The notes beneath the pieces were generated by a model that searched no databases, had not been told where the DNA came from, and saw nothing but the letters and a program-made list of their open reading frames with translations. A DNA stretch of 64,000 nucleotides from Clostridium aceticum (GTDB lineage Bacteria > Bacillota > Clostridia > Peptostreptococcales > Natronincolaceae), in the NCBI RefSeq assembly GCF_001042715.1, contig NZ_CP009687.1, forward strand, positions 733,418 to 797,417. Direction: 5' to 3'. Shown piece after piece: positions 55,771 through 64,000 of the stretch. Every line of letters starts with the position of its first letter. The stretch's first letter is position 1. The position numbers and the translations under genes are program-made.

Positions 55771-56793
55771 ATGAAGGATGTACAGGAATTATTAATTATA
55801 CCTAAGGGATATAAATCTAATTTAAATGTTCGTGAAACAGCGGTTGCTATTAAAAAAATTAAAGATTATTTTGAAACAAAATTAGCAGAAGCATTAAGTT
55901 TGACTAGGGTATCAGCACCTTTATTTGTCCGCCCAGAAACCGGCTTGAATGATAATCTAAACGGTGTTGAACGTCCTGTTGCCTTCGATGTAAAGGGAAT
56001 CCATGGCAAAAAAGTAGAAATTGTTCATTCTTTAGCGAAATGGAAGCGAATGGCTTTATACCGATATGATTTCAATGTGGGTGAAGGTTTATATACTGAT
56101 ATGAACGCTATACGTCGTGATGAAGATCTTGATAATCTCCATTCTGTTTATGTAGATCAATGGGATTGGGAAAAAATCATAGGCAAGGAAGACAGAAATA
56201 TTGATACATTGAAGATGGTTGTAAAAAGTATTTACAAGGTATTTAAAGATACAGAAAAATACTTAGCTGCTTGCTACCCGGAATTTGAGACTTTCCTCCC
56301 AGAAGAAATTACCTTTATTACAACACAGCAATTAGAGGATATGTATCCAGACTTTACGGGGAAGGAAAGAGAAAATGCTATTACAAAAGAAAAAGGAGCC
56401 GTTTTTATCATGGAAATTGGCGACACCCTAAGGTCAGGTATGAAGCATGATGGACGTTCTCCTGACTATGATGATTGGCATCTGAACGGAGATATTTTAT
56501 TTTGGTACCCTGTCTTAGAAATGGCTTTGGAGTTATCTTCAATGGGTATTCGTGTAGATGAAGAAGCTTTAGAAAGACAGCTAAAGCTAGCGGAGTGCGA
56601 GGAACGAAAAGAATTAAACTATCATCAGTTAATCTTAAATAAAAAACTGCCTTATACCATTGGGGGAGGCATAGGACAATCAAGAATATGTATGTTCTTC
56701 TTAAGAAAAGCTCATATTGGAGAAGTGCAGGCAGCAATATGGTCTGAGGACATGATTGAAGCCTGTGAAGCTGCAGATATTCACCTGCTATAA
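55771..56793 (+). CDS. asnA: Aspartate--ammonia ligase (asparagine synthetase A)
   Basis: 340 aa. [17 protein letters not shown] and GGGIGQSR motifs match E. coli AsnA. Confidence 0.9.
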   Translation: MKDVQELLIIPKGYKSNLNVRETAVAIKKIKDYFETKLAEALSLTRVSAPLFVRPETGLNDNLNGVERPVAFDVKGIHGKKVEIVHSLAKWKRMALYRYDFNVGEGLYTDMNAIRRDEDLDNLHSVYVDQWDWEKIIGKEDRNIDTLKMVVKSIYKVFKDTEKYLAACYPEFETFLPEEITFITTQQLEDMYPDFTGKERENAITKEKGAVFIMEIGDTLRSGMKHDGRSPDYDDWHLNGDILFWYPVLEMALELSSMGIRVDEEALERQLKLAECEERKELNYHQLILNKKLPYTIGGGIGQSRICMFFLRKAHIGEVQAAIWSEDMIEACEAADIHLL

Positions 56794-56803
56794 ACTTATA
56801 ATG

Positions 56804-56832
56804 AAAAAAAGACTCTTTATCGAGTCTTTTTT
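56804..56832. terminator. Bidirectional terminator between asnA and convergent typA
   Basis: AAAAAAAGACTCTTTATCGAGTCTTTTTTT. Confidence 0.7.
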
Positions 56833-56839
56833 TGATTCA

Positions 56840-58660
56840 CTATAAGTTTTGATTTCTACGTTGTGTTCTTTCACGGGTCAATTTATCTAAGATTCTCTTG
56901 CGTAGACGTATGCTCTTTGGTGTTACTTCTACTAACTCATCGTCTGCAATAAACTCTAAGGATTGTTCAAGGGAGAAAACCACTGGAGGTACAAGTTTAA
57001 GGGCATCATCAGCACCTGAGGACCTGATGTTTGTTAATTGTTTTTTCTTACAAACATTTACTGCAATATCTTCTAAACGGGAGCTCTCTCCAACCAACAT
57101 GCCTTCATAAACCTCTGTGCCAGGGTGTATAAAAATTCTTCCTCTTTCTTGAGCGTGATAAATCCCATAGGCAACAGCAGGACCACTTTCAAAAGCAATA
57201 AGAGAGCCTCTGGTTCGTACCCGTATATCTCCTCTATGATGATCATAACCATCAAACAAGTGATGAAAAATACCATAACCCTTTGTATCTGTTAAAAATT
57301 CTGAACGATAACCGATTAAACCACGGGCAGGAATTCTAAACTCTAGCTTCATCATACCTGTCCCCGTTGGAACCATATTTAACATTTCTCCTTTTCGCTG
57401 TCCAATTTTTTCGATAACTGAACTGGCACTTTCTTCAGGAGCTTCTACAAATAGTTTTTCCATTGGTTCCATGAGACCTTCTTCAGTTTTTTTGAGAATA
57501 ACTTGAGGCTTAGAAACAGCAAATTCATAACCTTCTCGACGCATGGTTTCAATAAGAATAGAAAGGTGGAGCTCTCCTCTTCCTAATACTCTAAAGGAAT
57601 CTGCTGATATTTCCTCCATACGCATAGCCACATTCGATAACACTTCTTTTTCAAGGCGATCCTTAAGATGCCTGCTGGTTACAAAGGTTCCTTCACGACC
57701 TGCAAAGGGACTATCATTTACCATGAAGTTCATAGAAATTGTAGGAGCATCGATTTTCATAAAGGGTAGAGGCTCTACTTTATCCATAGAACAAATCGTA
57801 TCTCCTATATTAATATCAGGTATACCCGATATGGCTACAAGCTCTCCTACTGTTGCATTTTCTAGTTCTACACGATTTAACCCTTGAAAGTTATAGAGAT
57901 TGCTTACTTTCACATTAACAAAGTCTCCATTTGTAGTTGCAAGAACAGCAGTTTGACCCTTTGTGATTTTACCACGAACTATTTTTCCTATACCGATTCT
58001 ACCAATATATTTATCGTAGTCTATAGAAGAAATTAGCAATTGAAGGCCATCTTCAGCATCACCTTCAGGACAGGGAATATATTCTGATATTATTTCAAAT
58101 AAAGGAACTAGATTAACACCTTTTTCATCTAACGCTACATGTGCATAGCCAGCTTTAGCAGAAGCATAAATAACTGGAAAATCTAATTGAGCATCACTAG
58201 CACCTAAATCGATAAACAAGTCTAAAACTTCATCGATAACTTCTTCAGCTCTAGCCTCCGGACGGTCAATTTTATTAACAACAACGATAGGTGTGAAACC
58301 TTCTTTTAAAGCTTTCTGAAGAACAAAACGAGTTTGTGGCATAGGTCCTTCAAAGGCATCTACCAATAATAGTACACCATCTACCATCTTCATAATCCGT
58401 TCTACTTCACCACCAAAATCTGCATGTCCCGGAGTATCAATAATATTAATTTTTACTTCATTATAAGAAACTGCAGTGTTTTTGGATAAAATAGTGATAC
58501 CTCTTTCTTTTTCTAAAGAGTTAGAATCCATAACTCTTTCTGCTACTACTTCATTTTCACGAAAGGTACCGCTTTGTTTTAACATTTGATCTACCAAAGT
58601 TGTTTTCCCATGATCAACGTGGGCAATGATGGCAACATTTCTAATATCTTGTCTTTGCAT
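56840..58660 (-). CDS. typA: Translational GTPase BipA/TypA
   Basis: 606 aa. [30 protein letters not shown]-motifs, and the BipA-specific C-terminal domain. Confidence 0.95.
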   Translation of the reverse strand: MQRQDIRNVAIIAHVDHGKTTLVDQMLKQSGTFRENEVVAERVMDSNSLEKERGITILSKNTAVSYNEVKINIIDTPGHADFGGEVERIMKMVDGVLLLVDAFEGPMPQTRFVLQKALKEGFTPIVVVNKIDRPEARAEEVIDEVLDLFIDLGASDAQLDFPVIYASAKAGYAHVALDEKGVNLVPLFEIISEYIPCPEGDAEDGLQLLISSIDYDKYIGRIGIGKIVRGKITKGQTAVLATTNGDFVNVKVSNLYNFQGLNRVELENATVGELVAISGIPDINIGDTICSMDKVEPLPFMKIDAPTISMNFMVNDSPFAGREGTFVTSRHLKDRLEKEVLSNVAMRMEEISADSFRVLGRGELHLSILIETMRREGYEFAVSKPQVILKKTEEGLMEPMEKLFVEAPEESASSVIEKIGQRKGEMLNMVPTGTGMMKLEFRIPARGLIGYRSEFLTDTKGYGIFHHLFDGYDHHRGDIRVRTRGSLIAFESGPAVAYGIYHAQERGRIFIHPGTEVYEGMLVGESSRLEDIAVNVCKKKQLTNIRSSGADDALKLVPPVVFSLEQSLEFIADDELVEVTPKSIRLRKRILDKLTRERTQRRNQNL

Positions 58661-58841
58661 GTATTCTTCTCAACTTCTTTCTTTAAAATTTATTATAAAT
58701 TATAGGAAATTTATCTATCTTAAGGCAAATATAAAACCACAAAGAAGATTTTATCATAAACAGCGGCTTCCTACAATTATTATATGTTAAATATGCACTT
58801 TTTTTAAGTGAAGCCTATAGATAAGCAAGTTCAAACTTTAA

Positions 58842-58913
58842 TTTTGATATACACGGTCTACGGTTTCGCCCCAAAACCGTGGGCTGCAAATGTAGCCCTT
58901 AGTATATCAAAAT
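58842..58913. repeat. Family-2 conserved ~70-nt structured element (copy 2, inverted relative to copy 1)
   Basis: TTTTGATATACACGGTCTACGGTTTCGCCCCAAAACCGTGGGCTGCAAATGTAGCCCTTAGTATATCAAAATT. Two internal hairpins (CGGTTT.../...AAACCG and GGGCT-GCAAATGT-AGCCC). Confidence 0.65.
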
Positions 58914-59486
58914 TAAGTACTGATGTTGTTTATCTATACCTATGAAAGTAGAGCATGAGTATAGTATTTGATAAAAGCTATATAGTATGTTATTGTTTTA
59001 TTGACAAGTTTAGCGTTTTCTATTACATAAATAGCAAGTAAACTTCCTTTAGTAAAGAGAAATGTGAGAAAACTTTATCTAAAGGGTGGGAGAATAAAAG
59101 AAGTACATGAGGAAAAAGAAATTGTTAAATAAATATCAATATTAAACATGTTTTAAAATTAACCGTATATAAAATTATATACCCGTTAGTTAGAAAGGTA
59201 AATATTACAAAAATAACTGGCTTATTTTTAAGTTTAATTAAAAAAATTCATAAAAATTAAAATAAATTCTTGAAAAAGAACAAAAACATGATATAATAAT
59301 AACAATTGAAAAAAATCCAAAAATATTAAAAGTTTTAGCAAGAGATAAAAAATTGATAATTATTTAACAATCAAATATCGAGTGATTTACTTCATGCCGT
59401 AAATGTTGTAAAATTTGTATGAGGGGTTAGCTGTATAATGACAAAACGAGTATTTATCTCAATAGGATAGAAAGGAGTGTAAGTAA

Positions 59487-60014
59487 ATGGGATGTTGTGG
59501 AGGTAGTCAGTCTATTGAAACAAATTTACAAAATACCCAGTTTGACTTTCAAGGTCTTCAGTCAATCGTTAAAAAATATAAAGGTGTGGAGGGTAGTTTA
59601 ATTAGTATACTTCAGGAGGTACAAGAGGTGTACAACTACCTACCAATGGAGGCATTAAACTATATTGCTCAGGAAACTGGTATTAAACCTACTAAAATTC
59701 ATGGCGTAGCTACATTCTATACCCAGTTCCGACTGAAGCCAATAGGGAAACACCTGATTATGTTATGTCAAGGTACTGCCTGTCATGTAAATGGCTCGAA
59801 GCTAATAGAGCAGGCTATTTGTGAAGAATTAAACATAAAAGAAGGAGAAACAACTACAGATAATTTATTTACGCTAAACAATGTGGCATGTCTTGGTTGT
59901 TGTAGTTTATCTCCTGTAATGATGATTAATGGAGAAACTTATGGTAAGCTTACACCAGAAATGACAAAAAACATTTTGAGAGACATCAAGAATAACGCAG
60001 AGAAAGGAGCTTAG
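59487..60014 (+). CDS. NuoE-like [2Fe-2S] thioredoxin-fold subunit of NAD(P)-linked hydrogenase/formate dehydrogenase complex (HndA/HydC/HylC-like)
   Basis: 175 aa. Four-Cys 2Fe-2S pattern (CQGTACH...CLGCC). Confidence 0.85.
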   Translation: MGCCGGSQSIETNLQNTQFDFQGLQSIVKKYKGVEGSLISILQEVQEVYNYLPMEALNYIAQETGIKPTKIHGVATFYTQFRLKPIGKHLIMLCQGTACHVNGSKLIEQAICEELNIKEGETTTDNLFTLNNVACLGCCSLSPVMMINGETYGKLTPEMTKNILRDIKNNAEKGA

Positions 60015-60017
60015 TTA

Positions 60018-61766
60018 ATGAAAATTATTGTGGGACAAGGGAGCTGTGGTATTGCTGCTGGAGCAAACAAGGTCTATGCAGCAATAGAAGGCGAACTGAA
60101 AAAAAGAAATTTAGAAGCACAGCTAACATTAACTGGTTGTATAGGTATGTGTTATTTAGAGCCTATCATAGATGTAATCAATGATGAGGGAAAAAAGACT
60201 ACCTATGTCATGGTAACACCAGAAATGGTAGAAGAAATTATTGAAGCTAGTACAACAAATAGTACGGTAGAAAAATATAACATTTCAGAAAACGACCAGC
60301 GTATTTTAGAAAAACAACAGAGAATTGCTCTGAGAAACTGCGGAATGATGAATCCAGAAAATATAGATGAGTATATTGATAGAGGTGGATACAAGGCTGC
60401 AGAGGAGTGTATTACAAACAAAACACCTCAAGAAGTTATTGAAGAAATAAAAGTTTCAGGACTTAGAGGTAGAGGTGGAGCAGGATTTCCTACTTGGTTT
60501 AAATGGAACGCTGCACAACAGTCCCCAGGGAATACAAAATACATTATTTGTAATGCCGATGAGGGTGACCCTGGAGCCTTTATGGATAGAAGTATCCTAG
60601 AGGGAGATCCCCATAGTATTATTGAAGGTATGTTAATAGGTGGTTATGCGATGGGAGCCACTGAGGGTGTAATCTACGTAAGAGCTGAGTACCCCCTTGC
60701 AATTGTACGCCTAAAGAAGGCGATAGAGCAGGCAAGGGAAAGAGGTTATTTGGGCAAAAATATTTTTGGTGAAAAACGTTTTCAGTTTGATATGAGAATT
60801 AAGGCGGGAGCTGGAGCCTTCGTATGTGGTGAAGAAACTGCTTTGATTGCTTCATTAGAAGGGGAAAGAGGGATGCCAAGATTAAAACCACCATTCCCTG
60901 CACAAAAAGGTTACTGGGACAAACCTTCTAATATCAATAACGTAGAAACTTTAGCAAATGTACCTTGGATATTAGCTAATGGAGGAAAGGCCTTTGCTGC
61001 TATGGGAACAGAACAAAGCAAGGGAACAAAAGTTTTTGCCTTAACAGGAAAAATCAAAAAAGGTGGTCTAGTAGAAGTACCAATGGGTATTCCTCTAAAG
61101 GAAGTTATTTTTGATATAGGCGGAGGAATTATCAATGATAAGACCTTTAAGGCTGTGCAAATGGGCGGACCCTCTGGAGGATGTATTCCTCATTATCTTT
61201 TGGATACACCAGTAGACTACGATTCTATCATGAAAACAGGAGCTATCATGGGTTCTGGAGGAATGGTAGTTATGGATGAAACTACCTGTATGGTAGATAT
61301 GGCACGATTCTTCTTAGATTTTACTCGTAAAGAGTCCTGTGGAAAGTGTATTCATTGTAGAATTGGAACAAAAAGAATGTTAGAAATATTAACGCGTCTT
61401 TGTGAAGGTGAAGGAAAAGACGGAGATATTGAACTTTTAGAGGAACTAGGAATAAAGATCAAAGAAGGATCTTTATGTGGGTTAGGTCAGACTGCACCAA
61501 ATCCTGTTTTAAGTACGATTCAGTATTTTAGAGAAGAATACGAAAAACACATCTATGATAAAAAGTGTCCTGCGAAACAATGTTCTAACTTACTGACTTT
61601 TACCATATTAGAAAACTGCATCGGATGTGGACTTTGTGCAAGAAATTGTCCAGCTGATGCAATTATTGGAGAAAGAAAAGAAGTCCACAATATTATTCAA
61701 GAGAAGTGCGTTAAGTGTGGTAAGTGTGAAGAAGTCTGCAAATTTGGCGCAGTAGAAATACAGTAG
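60018..61766 (+). CDS. NuoF-like NAD(P)H-binding flavoprotein subunit with N-terminal thioredoxin-like [2Fe-2S] and C-terminal 2x[4Fe-4S] (HndC/HydB/HylB-like)
   Basis: 582 aa. NADH-binding GRGGAGFPT, FMN site, CxxCxxCxxxC N3 cluster, and C-terminal CIGCGLCARNCP / CVKCGKCEEVC ferredoxin motifs. Confidence 0.9.
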   Translation: MKIIVGQGSCGIAAGANKVYAAIEGELKKRNLEAQLTLTGCIGMCYLEPIIDVINDEGKKTTYVMVTPEMVEEIIEASTTNSTVEKYNISENDQRILEKQQRIALRNCGMMNPENIDEYIDRGGYKAAEECITNKTPQEVIEEIKVSGLRGRGGAGFPTWFKWNAAQQSPGNTKYIICNADEGDPGAFMDRSILEGDPHSIIEGMLIGGYAMGATEGVIYVRAEYPLAIVRLKKAIEQARERGYLGKNIFGEKRFQFDMRIKAGAGAFVCGEETALIASLEGERGMPRLKPPFPAQKGYWDKPSNINNVETLANVPWILANGGKAFAAMGTEQSKGTKVFALTGKIKKGGLVEVPMGIPLKEVIFDIGGGIINDKTFKAVQMGGPSGGCIPHYLLDTPVDYDSIMKTGAIMGSGGMVVMDETTCMVDMARFFLDFTRKESCGKCIHCRIGTKRMLEILTRLCEGEGKDGDIELLEELGIKIKEGSLCGLGQTAPNPVLSTIQYFREEYEKHIYDKKCPAKQCSNLLTFTILENCIGCGLCARNCPADAIIGERKEVHNIIQEKCVKCGKCEEVCKFGAVEIQ

Positions 61767-61786
61767 CAGGATAGGGGGGAAAATAT

Positions 61787-64000
61787 ATGACGAAATTAAG
61801 ACTTAACATAAATGGAAAAGAAGTTATGGGATACAAAGGCCAAACAGTTCTAGAAATAGCCAAGGCAAATGGAATAGATATTCCTACCCTTTGTCATGAT
61901 GAAAGAGTAAAGGCCTATGGGTCCTGTGGACTTTGTGTTGTTGAAGTAGCAGGTGTTCCAAAATTACTAAGATCCTGTGCTACTGAAGCTAGCGATGGGA
62001 TGGTGGTTCAGACCAATACACCAAAAATAAAAGGTTCTAGAAAAATGGCATTAGAGCTTCTATTATCTGACCATGTAGGGGATTGTCGTCCTCCTTGCGT
62101 AACAGCTTGTCCAGCTAAAACCGATTGCCAAGGTTATGTAGGTTTAATTGCCAATGGCCAATATAAAGAAGCAGTAAAACTAATCAAAGAACAATTACCA
62201 CTACCTGCTAGTGTTGGTAGGGTATGTCCTCATCCTTGTGAAGATGCATGTAGAAGAAAATTAGTGGATGAGCCTGTATCTATTATGTGGTTAAAGAGAT
62301 TTGTGGCAGATATTGACCTTAGAGATGAAGAAGAATTTATGCCAGAGATAAAACCAGCTACCGGTAAAAGAATTGCTGTAGTAGGAGGAGGACCTAGTGG
62401 TCTTACTGCTGCTTACTACTTAGCAAAAGAAGGGCATAAAGTTGTTATTTATGAGGCTATGCCAGAGCTAGGAGGCATGCTGCGTTATGGTATTCCTCAA
62501 TACCGTCTTCCAAAAGAAGTGCTGAACAAAGAAATTGCTATCATTGAAAAAATGGGCGTAAAAATGCTGACAGGGATAAAAATTGGTGCAGATATAAAAC
62601 TAGACCATCTTAGAGAAACCTTTGATTCAGTATATCTTTCAATAGGAGCATGGCAAAGTACGAAGTTAAACTGTCCTGGAGAAGATTTAGAGGGTGTTAT
62701 TGGTGGTATCGAATTTTTAACAAAATTTGCCATCAATGAGCCTATCAAAACAGGAAACAGAATAGCCGTAGTAGGTGGCGGAAATACTGCGATGGATGCC
62801 TGTAGAACAGCTATGAGATTAGGTGCTAAAGAGGTATATGCTATCTATCGTAGAACAAAGGTGGAAATGCCGGCGGAGGATGTAGAGGTAGAAGAAGCAG
62901 AAGAGGAAGGCATCACCTTTAAGTTTCTTGTAAATCCAATTGAGATTGTTGGAGAAAACGGAAAAGTATCTAAAATAAGGCTTCAAAAGATGCAATTAGG
63001 AGAGCCTGATGCAAAGGGTAGAAGAAGACCTGTACCTATTGAAGGAGAGGAAGAAATCATAGAAGTAGATTCTGTTATTGCTTCCATAGGACAGGCGGTA
63101 GATATTCAAGGATTTGAAGATGTACAACTGACAAACTGGGGTACTATTTATGCTGATGAAAACAGCTTCCTTACAAACTTACCGGGGGTATTTGCCGGGG
63201 GAGATGGAACAAACAATGGTCCATCTATAGCTATAGAGGCTATTGCTGATGGGAAAAAAGCAGCAGAAGTAATATGCAGATATTTAGAGGGCGAAGTTGT
63301 ACCTTACAAAGAGCCTTACCTTGTAAAGAATGAAGGGCTAACAGAAGCTGATTTTGAAGATAGAGTGAAGGAGCATAGACCTTTTATGCCACATCTTTCT
63401 CCAGAGTTTAGGAAAACAAACTTTGAGGAGATTGTAGCTGGATATACGGAAGAAGATGCTAAGAGGGATGCAAACCGTTGTCTTGAGTGTGGATGTCATG
63501 ATGTGTTTGAATGTAAATTAATTCAATATGCAAATCAATATGATGTAGCACCAGAGAGAGTAGCAGGTGAAGTACACCATCGTCAGGAAGAGGATGACCA
63601 TCCATTTATTCTAAGAAATCCTGATAAATGTATTTTATGTGGACTTTGTTCCAGAGTTTGTGATGAAGTAATGGGACTTTCTGCTATAGGCTTGATGAAC
63701 AGAGGTTTCGATACCATTATTGAGCCAGCCTTTGATTTACCACTAAAGAAAACTGGTTGTATATCCTGTGGTCAATGTATTAGCGTATGTCCAACGGGAG
63801 CACTACAGGAGAGATTAAGTATAGAGAAATCTGTACCAGTTGAGACACAAACAACCCATACAGTTTGTTCGCATTGTAGTGTGGGATGTAACATTGACCT
63901 TAACATTAAGGGAGACATGCTGGTTAGATCCTTACCAAATAGGGAAAATGATGTTACTGATGGATTATTGTGTGTGAAGGGTAGATTTGGCTTTGATATT
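61787..64000 (+). CDS. Catalytic-subunit-like Fe-S protein (partial, runs off window): 2Fe-2S ferredoxin + GltD/SudA-like FAD/NAD(P) oxidoreductase module + 4Fe-4S clusters + start of molybdopterin-oxidoreductase Fe4S4 domain (NAD(P)-dependent formate dehydrogenase alpha-like)
   Basis: MTKLRLNINGKEV...CHDERVKAYGSCGLCVV (2Fe-2S). Then VGGGPSGLTAAYYLAKEGHKVVIYE...GGGNTAMDACRTA (GltD-type Rossmann pair). Then CLECGCHDVFEC / CILCGLCSRVC / CISCGQCISVCP. Then CSHCSVGCNID...LLCVKGRFG (MopB Fe4S4). Confidence 0.75.
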   Translation, partial: MTKLRLNINGKEVMGYKGQTVLEIAKANGIDIPTLCHDERVKAYGSCGLCVVEVAGVPKLLRSCATEASDGMVVQTNTPKIKGSRKMALELLLSDHVGDCRPPCVTACPAKTDCQGYVGLIANGQYKEAVKLIKEQLPLPASVGRVCPHPCEDACRRKLVDEPVSIMWLKRFVADIDLRDEEEFMPEIKPATGKRIAVVGGGPSGLTAAYYLAKEGHKVVIYEAMPELGGMLRYGIPQYRLPKEVLNKEIAIIEKMGVKMLTGIKIGADIKLDHLRETFDSVYLSIGAWQSTKLNCPGEDLEGVIGGIEFLTKFAINEPIKTGNRIAVVGGGNTAMDACRTAMRLGAKEVYAIYRRTKVEMPAEDVEVEEAEEEGITFKFLVNPIEIVGENGKVSKIRLQKMQLGEPDAKGRRRPVPIEGEEEIIEVDSVIASIGQAVDIQGFEDVQLTNWGTIYADENSFLTNLPGVFAGGDGTNNGPSIAIEAIADGKKAAEVICRYLEGEVVPYKEPYLVKNEGLTEADFEDRVKEHRPFMPHLSPEFRKTNFEEIVAGYTEEDAKRDANRCLECGCHDVFECKLIQYANQYDVAPERVAGEVHHRQEEDDHPFILRNPDKCILCGLCSRVCDEVMGLSAIGLMNRGFDTIIEPAFDLPLKKTGCISCGQCISVCPTGALQERLSIEKSVPVETQTTHTVCSHCSVGCNIDLNIKGDMLVRSLPNRENDVTDGLLCVKGRFGFDI

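Noticed and set aside
59100-59486. Long AT-rich region upstream of the NuoE-like operon with a near-palindrome (ACCGTATATAAAATTATATACCCGTT)
   Set aside because: The stem is imperfect and the region is compositionally simple. It most likely holds only promoter or UP-element DNA (TTGTAA-N17-TATAAT near 59410-59441), so it is not called as a structured element.
1-64000. CRISPR arrays, tRNA/rRNA genes, integrases/transposases, toxin-antitoxin pairs
   Set aside because: No regularly spaced direct repeats, no tRNA-like TpsiC (GGTTCGAATCC-type) motifs, and no recombinase-like ORFs were found. The window appears to be core chromosome punctuated by small non-autonomous repeats rather than a mobile island.

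Overview
This 64-kb window looks like chromosomal DNA from a low-GC, spore-forming Firmicute (Clostridia-like). The evidence is AT-rich intergenic regions, AGGAGG-type ribosome-binding sites, two T-box leaders, a Spo0E-family protein, and Gram-positive-type two-component systems. Genes are densely packed on both strands.

Recognisable content:
- Chemotaxis and signalling: two paralogous dCache-type methyl-accepting chemotaxis proteins, two OmpR/HK two-component systems, and a third atypical two-component pair.
- Metabolism: glutamate synthase large subunit (gltB, with no gltD), a T-box-controlled stand-alone trpB, T-box-controlled asnA, lysC, threonine aldolase, and a class-V aminotransferase plus Ser/Thr dehydratase behind an ECF-type S component.
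- Transport and membrane: PhnDEC phosphonate transporter, a NitT/TauT-type ABC pair with no binding protein, a flotillin/NfeD pair, a K+ channel, and a CNNM/CorC transporter.
- Other: BipA/TypA, ferritin and a rubrerythrin-like protein, and a partial NuoE/NuoF/FdhA-like NAD(P)-linked formate dehydrogenase module at the 3' end.

Items not explained by standard annotation:
1. A tandem pair of paralogous small Pro/Cys-containing proteins (43.66-44.22 kb), followed by an operon for a membrane-anchored FMN-binding-domain protein and three unknown proteins.
2. A dispersed MITE-like repeat family built around a GTCATCCTGAGC...GAAGGATC core with 17-bp terminal inverted repeats, with at least six copies.
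3. A second 70-nt conserved structured element present twice in inverted orientation.
4. A Cheo/LexA-type SOS box in front of a radical-SAM / DUF4130 DNA-repair pair.
5. A histidine kinase lacking its ATP-binding motifs, paired with a receiver-DUF2294 regulator and a triple-HTH protein.
6. A GltD-like flavoprotein module fused into the formate dehydrogenase catalytic subunit.

No rRNA, tRNA or CRISPR array was seen. All family calls are from reading the translations and motifs. No database search was possible.
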